NCBI GenBank assembly: GCA_021613535.1
Contig: CP075493.1
Span: 13,888,001 to 13,952,000 of the forward strand
Reading direction: 5' to 3'
Length of the DNA: 64,000 nt
Source of the DNA: Adineta vaga
Lineage: Eukaryota; Animalia; Rotifera
In this document: positions 25,687 to 37,324 of the stretch, piece by piece
How the letters are laid out: each line of letters starts with the position of its first letter
Numbering within the stretch: position 1 is the stretch's first letter
Position numbers and translations under genes: made by a program
Notes under the pieces: model-generated
Databases searched by the model: none
The model's input: the letters and a program-made list of their open reading frames with translations, nothing else
What the model was told of the DNA's origin: nothing

Positions 25687-27981
25687 TTATAATTGGATTA
25701 TATTTTTCAAGCGTTCAAGATTATTTTCACATATTTGAAGAAAAAGGTGATTTGGAGGTATGGAACATTTGGACAGTTCAAGTGCACGTTCATAGAATAA
25801 AATAGCTTTTGTATAATTGCCCATCTTATCGTAGACATTTCCAATCAAATTATTTGATGTAGCCAAAGCAGAATGATTTGAAGGAAGCGATTTTTGTTTC
25901 ACTTCAAGTGCCTTCTCATAGAATGAGAGACATTTTGAACAGTCACCTAATTGATAGTAAACGAGACCAATATTATCGTAGGAAATTGCTAAATTAGGAT
26001 GATTTTGTGAAAGTGATTGTTTACTAATTTCTAATGCACGTTCGTAAAATGATCGTGCTTTGACGTATTCTTCCATTTGATAATATACCGAAGCGATATT
26101 ATTATAACTAGAAGCTAAATCAGGATGATTCGGTGGAAGTGATTGTTGACTAATTTCGAGTGATTTTTCATAGAAAGAAAGAGCTTTTGTATTATCACCC
26201 ATTCGGTTATATACCAATGCGATGTTATTATATGACGTAGCTAGATCAGGATGATTAGATGGAAGAGATTTTATACTAATTTCTAAATCTTTTTCATAGA
26301 AGGATAGTGCTTTTGTATAATCACCCATCTTGGAATAAACTCTACCAATATTATCGTACGAAGTAGCTAGATCTGGATGATTCGAAGGAAGACGTCGTTG
26401 TCGAATGACTAATGCTTTTTCTTGAAACGAAAGTGCTTTTACATATTCGTGTAATTGGTCATAAACAGAACCAATATTGTTATACGTAGAAGCTAGATTT
26501 AGATCATTACGAGGAATTAGTCGTTCTTGAATTTGTAGTGATTTTTCAAAAAATGAAACTGCTGAGGAATAATCACCTTGATTATTCTTAATCATTCCAA
26601 GCATATGATAAATATGTCCTCGTTCATGACTATCTGTTCCAGTTCGTTCAACTAATATCATATATAAGTTTTCTGCTTTATTCAGAGCATTTACTGTAAG
26701 AAGTAATTGACCCAATCGATACCATCCCATTGCTCCACTTGTTGCATCACGCATACTTTTAGTTAACGTACGAAGTTTTGGATCATGATCACTCGTCAAC
26801 ATAAGATTGACTTGCCAAAGACGTTGGTTAGAATGTTCGACTGGTTGAATATCTCCAATGCGAAAGACAGTATGCATCGAGAAAAGAATTTCTTGTTCAA
26901 CATCATGATAATAACTAACATTGTCCAGAAGAGCGAATGGTGTAGATGAATTTCTTGGATCAATTGTAATAATGAAAAGAAGACCAATAAAATTCAATTT
27001 TTGAAGAGCACTGCGAGCAAATTGAAGAGATACAGAACGATCTTTACTCGTCGACAAAAAATTATTAAAAGAAATAAATCCTCCTTTTGTTCGAACGAGT
27101 TTATTGAATTCTTCTTCCAATAAACCTTGTCCACGATATACAATAAATGATGATGACGCATATTTTGATGATTGTTGACGATGTAATTGTATAATTTGTC
27201 GATGTACATCAGCTAGAAAGAAACCCATCTTCAAAATAGTATCCATTTCGAACACACGTAATGCACGATTCAACATACGATGAAGACAAAAATCGGATGT
27301 ATACCACCAGATTGGTGTGTGTAAATGATAATCCATTTCGAATTCATTGATTTTCTTTAATTCTTTCTTGTTCTCACAGCATTGTTCACGACAAAACGTA
27401 GCTAATTCTTTTACGGATTGTAAATCAAATTCGATCTCGAGAAGAGCTTCTTTCAATAATTGAGTATACATAAACATTGAATCAACACTTTGATCATGAT
27501 TGATTGAATTTGATGTTTCACGAGTTGCGACGAAACTCATCGTAATCGAATCTTTATCACATTGTTGCGTAGCTTGTTTTAATGCATCATATAAAGATTT
27601 TATGTCCGTAAATGTACCTCTCATCTTTATCCAATCTGAACTTCGTTGTTCATATTGTCGTTTAAGCGAATCAAAAATATAAATAGAATCAAGCTGATTA
27701 ATATCATGAATGAGAGATACAATGTGATCATCAATATCATCGGAAATAATCATAAAGACCTTTTCATCTTTGATATTTTTCAGAAAAGTCAGACATTGGT
27801 TTGAATTGGTAAAAGTAAAAATATTGTTAACGATGGATCGTAGTTGAGTGAGTGAAGATTGAAAATTTTCATCACATTCATTCATTTGATTATCAAGCCA
27901 AATTAGAAGAAAATTTTGTATGATTCGTTGAGATCGAGGTTTAGACATCGACATCGTGGTTGAGTCTATCTTCTTTTCCAT
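25687..27981 (-). CDS. ADP-ribosyltransferase domain + kinesin-light-chain-type TPR array
   Basis: VYRGQ, FLSTS, EQEILF (R-STS-ExE); about 7-8 42-aa repeats LPSNHPDLATSYNNIxxVYxxMGDYTKALSFYEK; intronless 764 aa. Confidence 0.9.
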   Translation of the reverse strand: MEKKIDSTTMSMSKPRSQRIIQNFLLIWLDNQMNECDENFQSSLTQLRSIVNNIFTFTNSNQCLTFLKNIKDEKVFMIISDDIDDHIVSLIHDINQLDSIYIFDSLKRQYEQRSSDWIKMRGTFTDIKSLYDALKQATQQCDKDSITMSFVATRETSNSINHDQSVDSMFMYTQLLKEALLEIEFDLQSVKELATFCREQCCENKKELKKINEFEMDYHLHTPIWWYTSDFCLHRMLNRALRVFEMDTILKMGFFLADVHRQIIQLHRQQSSKYASSSFIVYRGQGLLEEEFNKLVRTKGGFISFNNFLSTSKDRSVSLQFARSALQKLNFIGLLFIITIDPRNSSTPFALLDNVSYYHDVEQEILFSMHTVFRIGDIQPVEHSNQRLWQVNLMLTSDHDPKLRTLTKSMRDATSGAMGWYRLGQLLLTVNALNKAENLYMILVERTGTDSHERGHIYHMLGMIKNNQGDYSSAVSFFEKSLQIQERLIPRNDLNLASTYNNIGSVYDQLHEYVKALSFQEKALVIRQRRLPSNHPDLATSYDNIGRVYSKMGDYTKALSFYEKDLEISIKSLPSNHPDLATSYNNIALVYNRMGDNTKALSFYEKSLEISQQSLPPNHPDLASSYNNIASVYYQMEEYVKARSFYERALEISKQSLSQNHPNLAISYDNIGLVYYQLGDCSKCLSFYEKALEVKQKSLPSNHSALATSNNLIGNVYDKMGNYTKAILFYERALELSKCSIPPNHLFLQICENNLERLKNIIQL

Positions 27982-28540
27982 TTTGTTTGAATCGAAAGTG
28001 CAAACGGTTATTTACAGAATCTGATTTCTTTGTTTTTTTGTCGTTCTTTACATGAAGTATTACTGTCGAAGAAAGCAAAGAACGAGAAGAAAAATTGTTT
28101 TTATAATTGCTTCGATGCATGTGAATATAGACACCTTGTAAACTCGATGAGTTGCTTTTTAACACAAAATGCACAGTTGTTGTTTTTTTTTCTTATGTGC
28201 ATTTTTAAATTAAAGAAAATGTATAGCAATATTGAATATAATGGATCGACAAGAATGTTTTCTTGTGTCGTGATTTTATATAGAAGAAAAAATCTAACTG
28301 TCATTTTTAAAATCATGAGTGATTGAAGAGCTCTTCAAGATTTTCAAAGCTATTGTCATTGGTATAAAAGATATTCATCACTCTTTATGAACGTCTCAAA
28401 TACCATCAAGGTTTTACTTTTTTTGAAAAGATATTTTGAATATACACATGATGATTGATGAGAACAAAGTCCATTCTTCTTGAAAAAGAAAACATCACAT
28501 TCACAATCGAGCTCATCATACTGAACAACAACAACAAACA

Positions 28541-29787
28541 ATGCAATATATTATTAAAATCGTATTATTCGTGTCAACATTTACCCTAATCTCAACCAGT
28601 TCTATTGGTCGAGTGTTCAATGCTCGTCTATTACCTGGATTGAGAAATTCAACTTTATGGTTGTTCAATCAATCAGATGTAAATACTTGTCTTTGTCGTG
28701 CATTGCAATTGTACTCGTGGCAACAAATTGCAGCGCTCAATAGTTTTACATATAATTCTACTTTTCAATTGATTCTATCACCACCAGTCCTAGCACCCAA
28801 CCTTATTTATGATATAAACTCTATTCTCATTCTTCTTCACCCATTAACTGATGCTCCCTGTTGTTCTGATTTATCATGGCTTTTAACACGAATTCAAAAG
28901 TCACAAAAACCATCGAGTGATAGTGTTCCTTTACCGACAAGTCTCTCAATAAATTCTTATAATACATTACTTTCAACACTCTCTTACTATGGATCACTTG
29001 TGCGATTCTATCGAAATAATCTTAGTTTAGCAGGTGACTATCCATTGCCAACAAATTACTTATGTGACATAGTATCCTATCGACAAGGTCGTTTCTTTCT
29101 TGGTATGTAATTTTTGAAAAAATTACTTAATAAAAGTTTATTTATATTGAAATCATTCAATAATCCACTCGTATGTTTATAGGATGTGATATACCTAGTG
29201 CACTCGTTATTCTCGATGAATCAAATCTTACATCACCGATGAAACTAATCAATACGACAGCATATACAAGTGCGGTGGCATTCGTACGTAATGATACGAT
29301 GATGTTTGTTAGAGTTCAATATTTAAACACATCGATCATTGTTTATGACATCAATTTGACGACAAATTCATATATACCATTGAATCAAACATATCCAGTT
29401 ACTAGTCTTCATGGTTTGTCAATGAATGCGATCAATGATAGTTTGATTTTGCTAAGTAATTGGGATCCTAATGTTTATGTTTATGCACTGACACCATCAT
29501 CGAATAAAAGTAGTGATCCATGGTCAATGTTTCCTTTGAATGCAACACAAATAAGTTCAACGGAGAGAATAGCAGAACAAATTATTGATTCATGTGGTCG
29601 ACTGTGAATTGTTATCTATAATTTTGGTATACGAATTTTTGATCCATCATTAACTATTCTTCTAGCAAGTTGGACAGTTTTTACAACATTAGATGGTATA
29701 TTATTATTGGATACATATGAATTATTTCTATCTGATTATGATGGAAATAAAATTCTTCATTTCAATCCGAATTTACAATGTACTTAG
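28541..29787 (+). pseudogene. Secreted beta-rich (propeller-like) protein with one in-frame TGA
   Basis: Signal peptide; intron 29103-29182 splices in frame; the frame stays open after TGA 29605-29607 (DSCGRL*IVIYNFGIRIFD...NPNLQCT) to TAG 29785-29787. Confidence 0.65.
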
Positions 29788-30474
29788 TAGATATCGATTA
29801 TGTTTTCATTCAGTTGAATAATTCTTGTTGACAGTAAACATATCTTTACTGTTATATCGATTGAATATATTCTCAATGTAGTTATATCAATAAAAGAAAA
29901 ATGCAACGAGTTCTCTGAATTATTACCATTGAACGAAAGATCTTATTCAGTATGTTCACAAAGAATAAGTTCAAGAAAATCATCATTTTGAGTACGACTG
30001 TAAACAACAAACTATCAGGTATTTTAGAGAATTTTCTATCAAATAACTTGACTTCTTGCTGAAATTTTTCTGGAGTCTTGTGAAAATACAAGAAAAATAG
30101 TCAGTCGTTAAAATTGATTAATTCAAACTAAAGACACAGAATGAGATCGAATGTGGCATGTACCTTCTACCAACATCAATACCTTCTCATTTTACAATTA
30201 TTATGTTCACAATTCTTACTCAAATGAGTGTAACGATTCATCTTTCCATTCTACGAAAAATTTGTATATCGATTAAACCTTTCTTGAAACTTTTCCTTTA
30301 TCTCGATGCTTGATGGTTCAATGCATATATTGTAATTGAACGAGCATTTCTCCTTTAAAAAAAGGAATTCAGTTTAATAAACAGAAAAGTAAACATATAG
30401 CTCGTTGAATAATTATAATCTTAATATTTTGCATTATGGCTTCGATCATACATGAACCATTTCATCTTGAAAAA

Positions 30475-30524
30475 GTGGGTGTGAATGTGAGATTCGTCTC
30501 TCTACACTCACCCACACCCTCAAT
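30475..30524. repeat. Short inverted repeat built from telomere-like TG(A/T)GGG units
   Basis: gtgggtgtgaatgtgaga ... tctctacactcacccacaccctcaat; related motifs at about ten other sites. Confidence 0.6.
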
Positions 30525-30629
30525 GTATCTTATTGACACACATCTATGCCTCTAAGCTATAACATCAGTGCATTATAAATCATAGTTTACATTCTAGATA
30601 TCAATGGAACATGAAGTGACATTTGTTTA

Positions 30630-32270
30630 TTAAGACTTCCATGGTGCTGGATGCAATCTAAAGACATTTCATTGATAAAGTGGCACATTATGAGAGTGTG
30701 TAAATCAAAAGCATTCATATACTACTCACAGAGTTAATTTCTCCGACTTTTTAGGCTTATTAGTTGCTGGTCGGTTAGGCTGGCCAATTTTCGGTTGATG
30801 TATCTAATAATTTGAGGCATTATAGTGAGTATTCCTATTCATCATCTATCACTTACATGGCCACCATCATTTGCACTTTCAAACACACAAGGAACAGGTT
30901 TCGATACTGATCTAGTGGCTTTAGTACTCATTATACCTAAGCTACCTCTTTCATTACGCGGGCCGTTCAGCGAAGGATTTGAATGTGCAAAAGGAATACC
31001 TAGTATATATATACAATAGAATGATTATAATAAAGAATTATTACTTACTAGGTGTAGCTGATCTACGACGTCGATTAAAGAAGCTGTACGTGGTCGGCAT
31101 GGTGATAGTTGAGCACGACTTAAACGCTGATTTGATTTATGTTCAAGTAATGATTCATTATTAGAAATATTTTTAGAAGAATTTATCAATTGTGCTGTAT
31201 GACCATTACTCATTCGATCAGCGAGAAAAGATGAAACATTATTTTCCTGTGTTTTTGTGCATTCCAAAGGTCGACGATATTCAGTACCTTTTATGTGATG
31301 AAAAACGAAAAATATTCTAATTTACTGATGTCAAATTCTGGTTTTAGCTAGTATATTATATACCTTGTGATGACATTCGGTGCCTGCCTGTTTTTGACGA
31401 TACCGGAAGAGAGCTATACGATTTTGATGATCGCGGTAGTTTTTCAGGTTTCTTCCAACAACTCGTCTGGTTCGAAATTACAATTAGATAATTTTTTTCA
31501 TCAGAAAGAAATCAATTACTTGATGACTTTCTAGTAGTTTAGCTAAAAATAACCTTTTACAATATTCACATGGCAGTTTGTCCTGATTTAGTTCTTGATT
31601 GATTGCTTTTGATCTAAATCATCGATTTCGTGTTATTCTTTAGTAGTAATGAATCGACGAGATATTTACTGCGCACGAGTTTGTATTTGATGATTTTCTT
31701 GTTCACGGCAATCTTGCTATGAAAAATAGAATACGATCGGATTTTTATAAAGTAAAAGACAAATAATTTTTACAATATGCTTAGACCAAATGGATAAATC
31801 AACGAGTTGATTGCAAATTTCACATGGAATATGAACAATATTTTCGGAAGTGCGGCGTTCACTCGCTGCTGAACAAACTAAAGAAAAAGAATACGAAATA
31901 TTAGTTTTATCATCGATACTACCTCGACTTCGCCGAACTTTTCTAATAGTATTGCCCGTATTATCAGGACAATTATCCTAAATATCATAATATTCCTATA
32001 TTGTAAATTAATATTTGAAAAGATACCTTAAGATGTTTTAATGAATTTATCGATTGAAGAGAGGATGTATCTGTTTCATCGACATTTGAACAATTATTTT
32101 CATAATGATAAACAAAAATAGCTCTTCGTATGTATTTTCGACATTTTGGACATTCGTCCGTTTTATTTCCACATTGCATCAAATGTTTACCTAAAGCTTC
32201 TGTTGATGTATGAGCTTGCTCACAAAATGAACATTGAAGTAATTGATTTCTGTCATTAGTTGTCTAAAGA
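30630..32270 (-). CDS. TRAF-type zinc-finger (TRAFD1/XAF1-like) multi-exon gene; 5' end unresolved
   Basis: Exons encode CSFCEQ...KHLMQCGNKTDECPKCRKYI, IPCEICNQLV, LPCEYCKRLF, then low-complexity S/R-rich exons. Confidence 0.6.
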
Positions 32271-33015
32271 TAAAACTTTTCATAAACATATAGTGACAGA
32301 TCCTGCTAACTACTTACTCTAGACGGATCAGATACAAAGTCGTATCTATTCAATCATGTACAGTAAATGTAAAAAGAGATTTATTTTATTTTATGATCAA
32401 ACTCACTTTTCTTGAGAGGAGTTCGAATATATTGCAGTAGCCATAAACGACGTGTAAAATCTCGAGAATATGTTCCTATGCAAACGAAATGATTTATTCT
32501 GTTCAAGAAGATTCCAATTTCTATATGAGATTCGCCAACAATGTTTTGGTTTTATTCATATTATGTGAAAGTAGGAAGAAACAACCATACACATGACTAT
32601 AGACATTTGTTGTAGTGAAAGACGTAATGTCATCGATAACGAGCAGAACGAATGAAAAGTTTTCAAATTATCTGAAAAGAAAACAGAAGTCCTAGAAGAC
32701 GGTAGTGATAGACATGAAACAGTCTTGATAAAAAATATAGCTGTTTTTCCTTCCAAATGAACTAATTCGATAAGTCTTATTATGTATGAAATTGTAAGAA
32801 ATGCGAACTAGCAGAAAACACTGCTTTGCATCGCCCTCTATTGACGATGCATATAATTATATCTATGAAAAACCTTTCGTTATGAAGTAAAACATAGCAA
32901 GAACAACTGACTCATTCTGTCGTTTTCACAATCAACATGTAATCAAAATATAGCTTCATTTCCAAAAAATTGACTTTTAATCATTTACAAAGATAATTAT
33001 ACGATTATACATACT

Positions 33016-33756
33016 ATGAGCAGAAAACGTCGAAATATTGTTGAAGACATTACTGAAGATGAGTCGATTGCATCGAGTGCTAAAACGCGTAAAATTGAGA
33101 TGACCATGGAACAGGTACAAAAAGATAAAAAAGATCTATTTGCTCTTATGTTTTTATTCTAGTATGATAAATTCTTGCTAGAAAAGAAGGATGGTAGATT
33201 TAAACGAACTGGGCAATGGGGTGGCATGTATAAAAGAGTTGCGCATGAATGTTGTGATATCGAATGTGTACGTAAATGGGCGCCGAGCCCTATACAATGC
33301 TTAACAGATGATTATTACTGTCCATCCTGTGTACTTCATCATCGGAATAATGTCAATCGTTTTTCGGAAGAAAGATTAAAATGGACAGCCAATGTTCCCA
33401 ATACATTTTATATATTTTCTCTTGTTGATCCAGGCAAAGCCGCTAATGGTAAAACTAAAATATCACTAATTAAATTTGGTCGTACTCAACATGAAAATGC
33501 TTTGAAACGATATCCTACAGCAGAATTAAAACAATATGAAATGAAACTTTTGTTGAGTTTACGTGGAAAATTAAGTACAATGACAAGTATTGAAAACTGG
33601 TGGAAAGAACAAGCAGAAAAAAATAAATGGTTCATGAGATTTAGTAATAGTGCTTTTCATGGACAAACCGAGTGTGTTCAAATTGATGATAATACTCTAG
33701 CAGAGTTGATTATGAAATCAAAAGAAATGGCAATTGCTCAAGAAGAAAGTAACTGA
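33016..33756 (+). CDS. Putative nuclease: NLS-like exon + Zn-ribbon (HxC..C..W..P..CPSC) + GIY-YIG/T5orf172-like domain
   Basis: Exon 1 33016-33114 (MSRKRR...), 48-nt intron, exon 2 33163-33756; PNTFYIF...IKFGRT...KRY...IE...FHGQTEC. Confidence 0.6.
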
Positions 33757-33874
33757 TTGTATTGTGATAAAAACTTGTTTTGCTCTTTAAAATTTCATGT
33801 TCGTTAATATTCTTTTTTTTCTCACTCTTGCGTTTCATTTCAGATAATTTCTAAGTATAGAGAATCAAAACCAA

Positions 33875-34716
33875 ATGACTGACATACGTATTCTTACCTA
33901 CAATATCTTAGCTGATGTCTTTGTTAAAAAACAATACTATCCAAATACTCCATTGAATCTTCTTGACTATCAAAATCGTCGTGAACATACACTACGATTT
34001 ATTGAAAATTCTTCTGCTGACTTCGTTATGCTACAAGAAGCGCAGGATCAAGATCGACTCCTATTTGAAAAATATCTTCCGTCAAAATATACTTGTTCGT
34101 CTCTAGGCAAGTTTATTTTAGAATACACTATAGAAAATATGACGATCTTCATTTTTTAATAATAAAACCATATGAATTTATCTATCTAGCTTCGAAATCT
34201 GAACCAATTGATGTACGTAGTGCTGGTGCTATGTCACTCGCCTCAAAAACCTGGACAACGAAGTATGATATTGTACCAGTTTCATTTAATAATGGTAAAA
34301 AATGTCAAGTTATCAATTGTGAAACGCATGATGGAAAACAGTTTTCGATCGTGAACGTACACTTAGACTTTCGTATAAAAGAAAAACAATTTGCTGAACT
34401 GGAAGAACTCGTATTCAGACGATTTCCAGGGCCGTTTATTATTGTTGGTGATATGAATGCTACAAGGCATGAGATGGAAAAAATAATCACGAAACATACA
34501 TCGATAAAATTTCTAAATGCAATTAATGGAGATCCGAATACATATTTTAGTGAAGACGGAAAAGGAACAAGACAGTGCGATCATGTATGGGTTCAGGAAG
34601 GACACTTTCAGGTGAAAAATATCAATGTATCGAACAAGATAATCGATTTGGAAGAATGTTTAAAACAATTTGGTTCGGATCATGTCCCAGTTGAAGCTTT
34701 AATCAGTATTGTTTGA
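33875..34716 (+). CDS. Endonuclease/exonuclease/phosphatase (EEP) family protein, 2 exons
   Basis: TYNILA, MLQEA, NVHLD, GDMN, CDHVW, GSDHVP; joined through GC-AG intron 34107-34189. Confidence 0.85.
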
Positions 34717-34792
34717 GATTTATCTCACTGTTTATTGCTTCTGCAAGTTATCTTTGTCAGAACTGGAAAAAAAATCTTAAATGTAGAATGAA

Positions 34793-37324
34793 TTATTGAA
34801 CAGAATATTTGATCAGAGCATCATAATTGTTGCCTTGATCATATTTAGCATAAACAATAACATTGTTTAAGCCGATTTTCATTTTTGTTTGAAAAATAGA
34901 ATCTATGTAACCTTCTGTATCAATCCATTTCGTATCGATCTGAAGTTTCACTTCTGTTGCTCCCGGAATCACATAGTGAAAAAGTATGATAGCATTACTC
35001 TCAAGTATTCCATTCAATGGTTCATAAATTCGACACTGATTAGTTACGAATTTGCCATATGTGAATGGAAACTTAATTGGATTTTGAAGGTTTGTCACAT
35101 TCAAATCTAATTGAGCAACAATATTAAACTTTTTTTCGACGTCTAATCGATGTCGAGCAAAAATAGACAATTGATGTTGACCAGTTTGTTGAGGTGCAAA
35201 TAAAAGTTGCCATTGCTTTTTCTCATGATCAAATTGTGTTAAAGTTTGATTTTCTTCCTCGACATTATCGTATCCGATCTTGCACATGAGTTCGATATCT
35301 TCAGGTGTATCGATTCGAACCTCAGCAAATGATGCATTATCAGACAAAAAAGCTGTTGAGCAATTATATGGTACATCGATTTTCAATTCTAAATCATGAA
35401 ATAGCTGCCATGTTTTTGGATAGGAAAGTGATGGTTTTGAAATATTTCTCGCTATGATTTTAAATGCTACAGCAGAAGTATAGAGATCATGATCTGATTT
35501 TCGTTTAGCCATAATATCAGCTTTGAATATTCCATTATCATTTGGTGCAAATCGACATTGCCAATAGTGATGTCTATGATCATAATAGACTTGATGTCCT
35601 CCATCAACTACACCTTTCTCATTATTTGTTAGTCTACCAAGTAGTTCAACATCATCCGGTGCTTGTATGAGAATTTGTGCAAATGCATCTTCTTTATCCA
35701 ATCGAATGATGTGAGTGTTAATTGGCGAGAGTACTTGCAAATGAAGATCATGAAATAATTGCCATGTTTCCGGATAAGATACTGGTGGTGTTGGAATATA
35801 TTTTGCCTTGATCGTGATCGCTAGAGCAGAAGTATATAATCCTTTATCAGATTTTCGTTTTGCCATGATAACTGCTTCGCACGTTCCATCACAATTTGGT
35901 GCAAAACAACAAATCCAATAACGCTTCCTATGATCATAATAGACTTGATATCCTCCTTCGATTTCGTTTTTTTTCTCATCTACTAGTCTTCCAAGTAGTT
36001 CAACATCGTCTGGTGACTCTATGACGATTTGTGCGTAGCTATCTCCTTTTTCCAGACGAATAATATGAGAACTTACTGGAGATATAACTTTTAACTGCAA
36101 ATCAAAAAATATTTTCCATGTTTGTGGATAACTAATTGGATTTCTTGGCATTTCTTCAATGTTCAAATTTAAATTAATGACAGAACTATATAGATCTGTT
36201 TCTTGGACGACATATTTTGCGTAAATAGTAATCTTATGTTTACCAATTGAATTTGGAGCAAAAAAACAGCAATATAAGTTTTTCTTTTCATCAAATATTA
36301 CTTGGTGACCACCTTCGACTTTCTCATCATGGAGTTTCAAATCAGCAATTAGATTAACATTTTCAGGTGCTTCTACAATTACCAATGCATAAGCTTTGTT
36401 AGGAAGAAGTTGTACATACGAGCGATTGCATGGATAGATTAATTCTAAATTGAACTCAAAGTACGCTGGATGCAAATTAGGCATCTGTAAAAATTGCTTC
36501 ATTGAAATAGGATCTTTTAATAGTTGCCATCGCGTATATTCAGGTAAATGATGATAAATCATTTGTTGTGGATGAGGAAGAAAATAATATGAATTGAATT
36601 CTCGTTTGAAACCTTTCTGGTCATTCATAAACCCAGCACCCCAAGTTGAGTCGGTGAGATACCAATGTTGATTAATTTGAACGGTGTTCCAAACATGATC
36701 CACCTCACTTGGTGCATCGGTACGTACATCGAAACCATAACCTTTCGAATATCCACGGATAATTTTACAAGGAATTTTTAAATGATCACAGAGATATTTA
36801 TAAAGATGAACATATCCATCACATGTACCTTTTTTTGTAAGAAAAACATTTTCAGCTGATTGATTCGTATAATCCTTGGAAAAGTATGCAATTGTATCAT
36901 ATTCAATATTGAATGCAATTGAATAGAATACGATCCAATGACAATCGATTAATGATTTATTCTTAGAAAGAGTTTTAATTGCATCAGCTAATTGTTGAAG
37001 AGATTGGAAATGCCAAGATTCAATGATTGAACGATAAGATTGATTATCAATGGCTTTTTGGCGTTGTTGAGTGAAGAGTTGATCATATGCTTGAGGATCA
37101 GCATCAGCGATATTAACAAAATGATCTGTTACTTCTGCTTGTTGAATAGTTTGATTGAGATAATCAATGGTTTCAGCTACGTCTTCACCATTTGGAAGAA
37201 AACATTCTATAGGTTCGTTAATTTTAAATGGTTGCTTCTGGAATTTGCCGACCACTACGGATTGGTCATATTTCTTCGCCGTAGATTCAGTATCAGATGC
37301 TGCTCGGACACACGTGCAACCCAT
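34793..37324 (-). CDS. Transglutaminase-like (KY/hillarin-type) protein with ~118-aa C-terminal repeats
   Basis: Catalytic triad context GTCDGY, DHVWN, LTDSTWGAG; HHLP motif; repeats starting YPQTW/YPETW/YPKTW; MGCTC N-terminus. Confidence 0.85.
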   Translation of the reverse strand: MGCTCVRAASDTESTAKKYDQSVVVGKFQKQPFKINEPIECFLPNGEDVAETIDYLNQTIQQAEVTDHFVNIADADPQAYDQLFTQQRQKAIDNQSYRSIIESWHFQSLQQLADAIKTLSKNKSLIDCHWIVFYSIAFNIEYDTIAYFSKDYTNQSAENVFLTKKGTCDGYVHLYKYLCDHLKIPCKIIRGYSKGYGFDVRTDAPSEVDHVWNTVQINQHWYLTDSTWGAGFMNDQKGFKREFNSYYFLPHPQQMIYHHLPEYTRWQLLKDPISMKQFLQMPNLHPAYFEFNLELIYPCNRSYVQLLPNKAYALVIVEAPENVNLIADLKLHDEKVEGGHQVIFDEKKNLYCCFFAPNSIGKHKITIYAKYVVQETDLYSSVINLNLNIEEMPRNPISYPQTWKIFFDLQLKVISPVSSHIIRLEKGDSYAQIVIESPDDVELLGRLVDEKKNEIEGGYQVYYDHRKRYWICCFAPNCDGTCEAVIMAKRKSDKGLYTSALAITIKAKYIPTPPVSYPETWQLFHDLHLQVLSPINTHIIRLDKEDAFAQILIQAPDDVELLGRLTNNEKGVVDGGHQVYYDHRHHYWQCRFAPNDNGIFKADIMAKRKSDHDLYTSAVAFKIIARNISKPSLSYPKTWQLFHDLELKIDVPYNCSTAFLSDNASFAEVRIDTPEDIELMCKIGYDNVEEENQTLTQFDHEKKQWQLLFAPQQTGQHQLSIFARHRLDVEKKFNIVAQLDLNVTNLQNPIKFPFTYGKFVTNQCRIYEPLNGILESNAIILFHYVIPGATEVKLQIDTKWIDTEGYIDSIFQTKMKIGLNNVIVYAKYDQGNNYDALIKYSVQ

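Noticed and set aside
29605-29607. Selenocysteine or alternative genetic code at the in-frame TGA
   Set aside because: Context suggests Trp (TGG>TGA); other genes here use TGG for Trp and TGA as stop; no SECIS recognised
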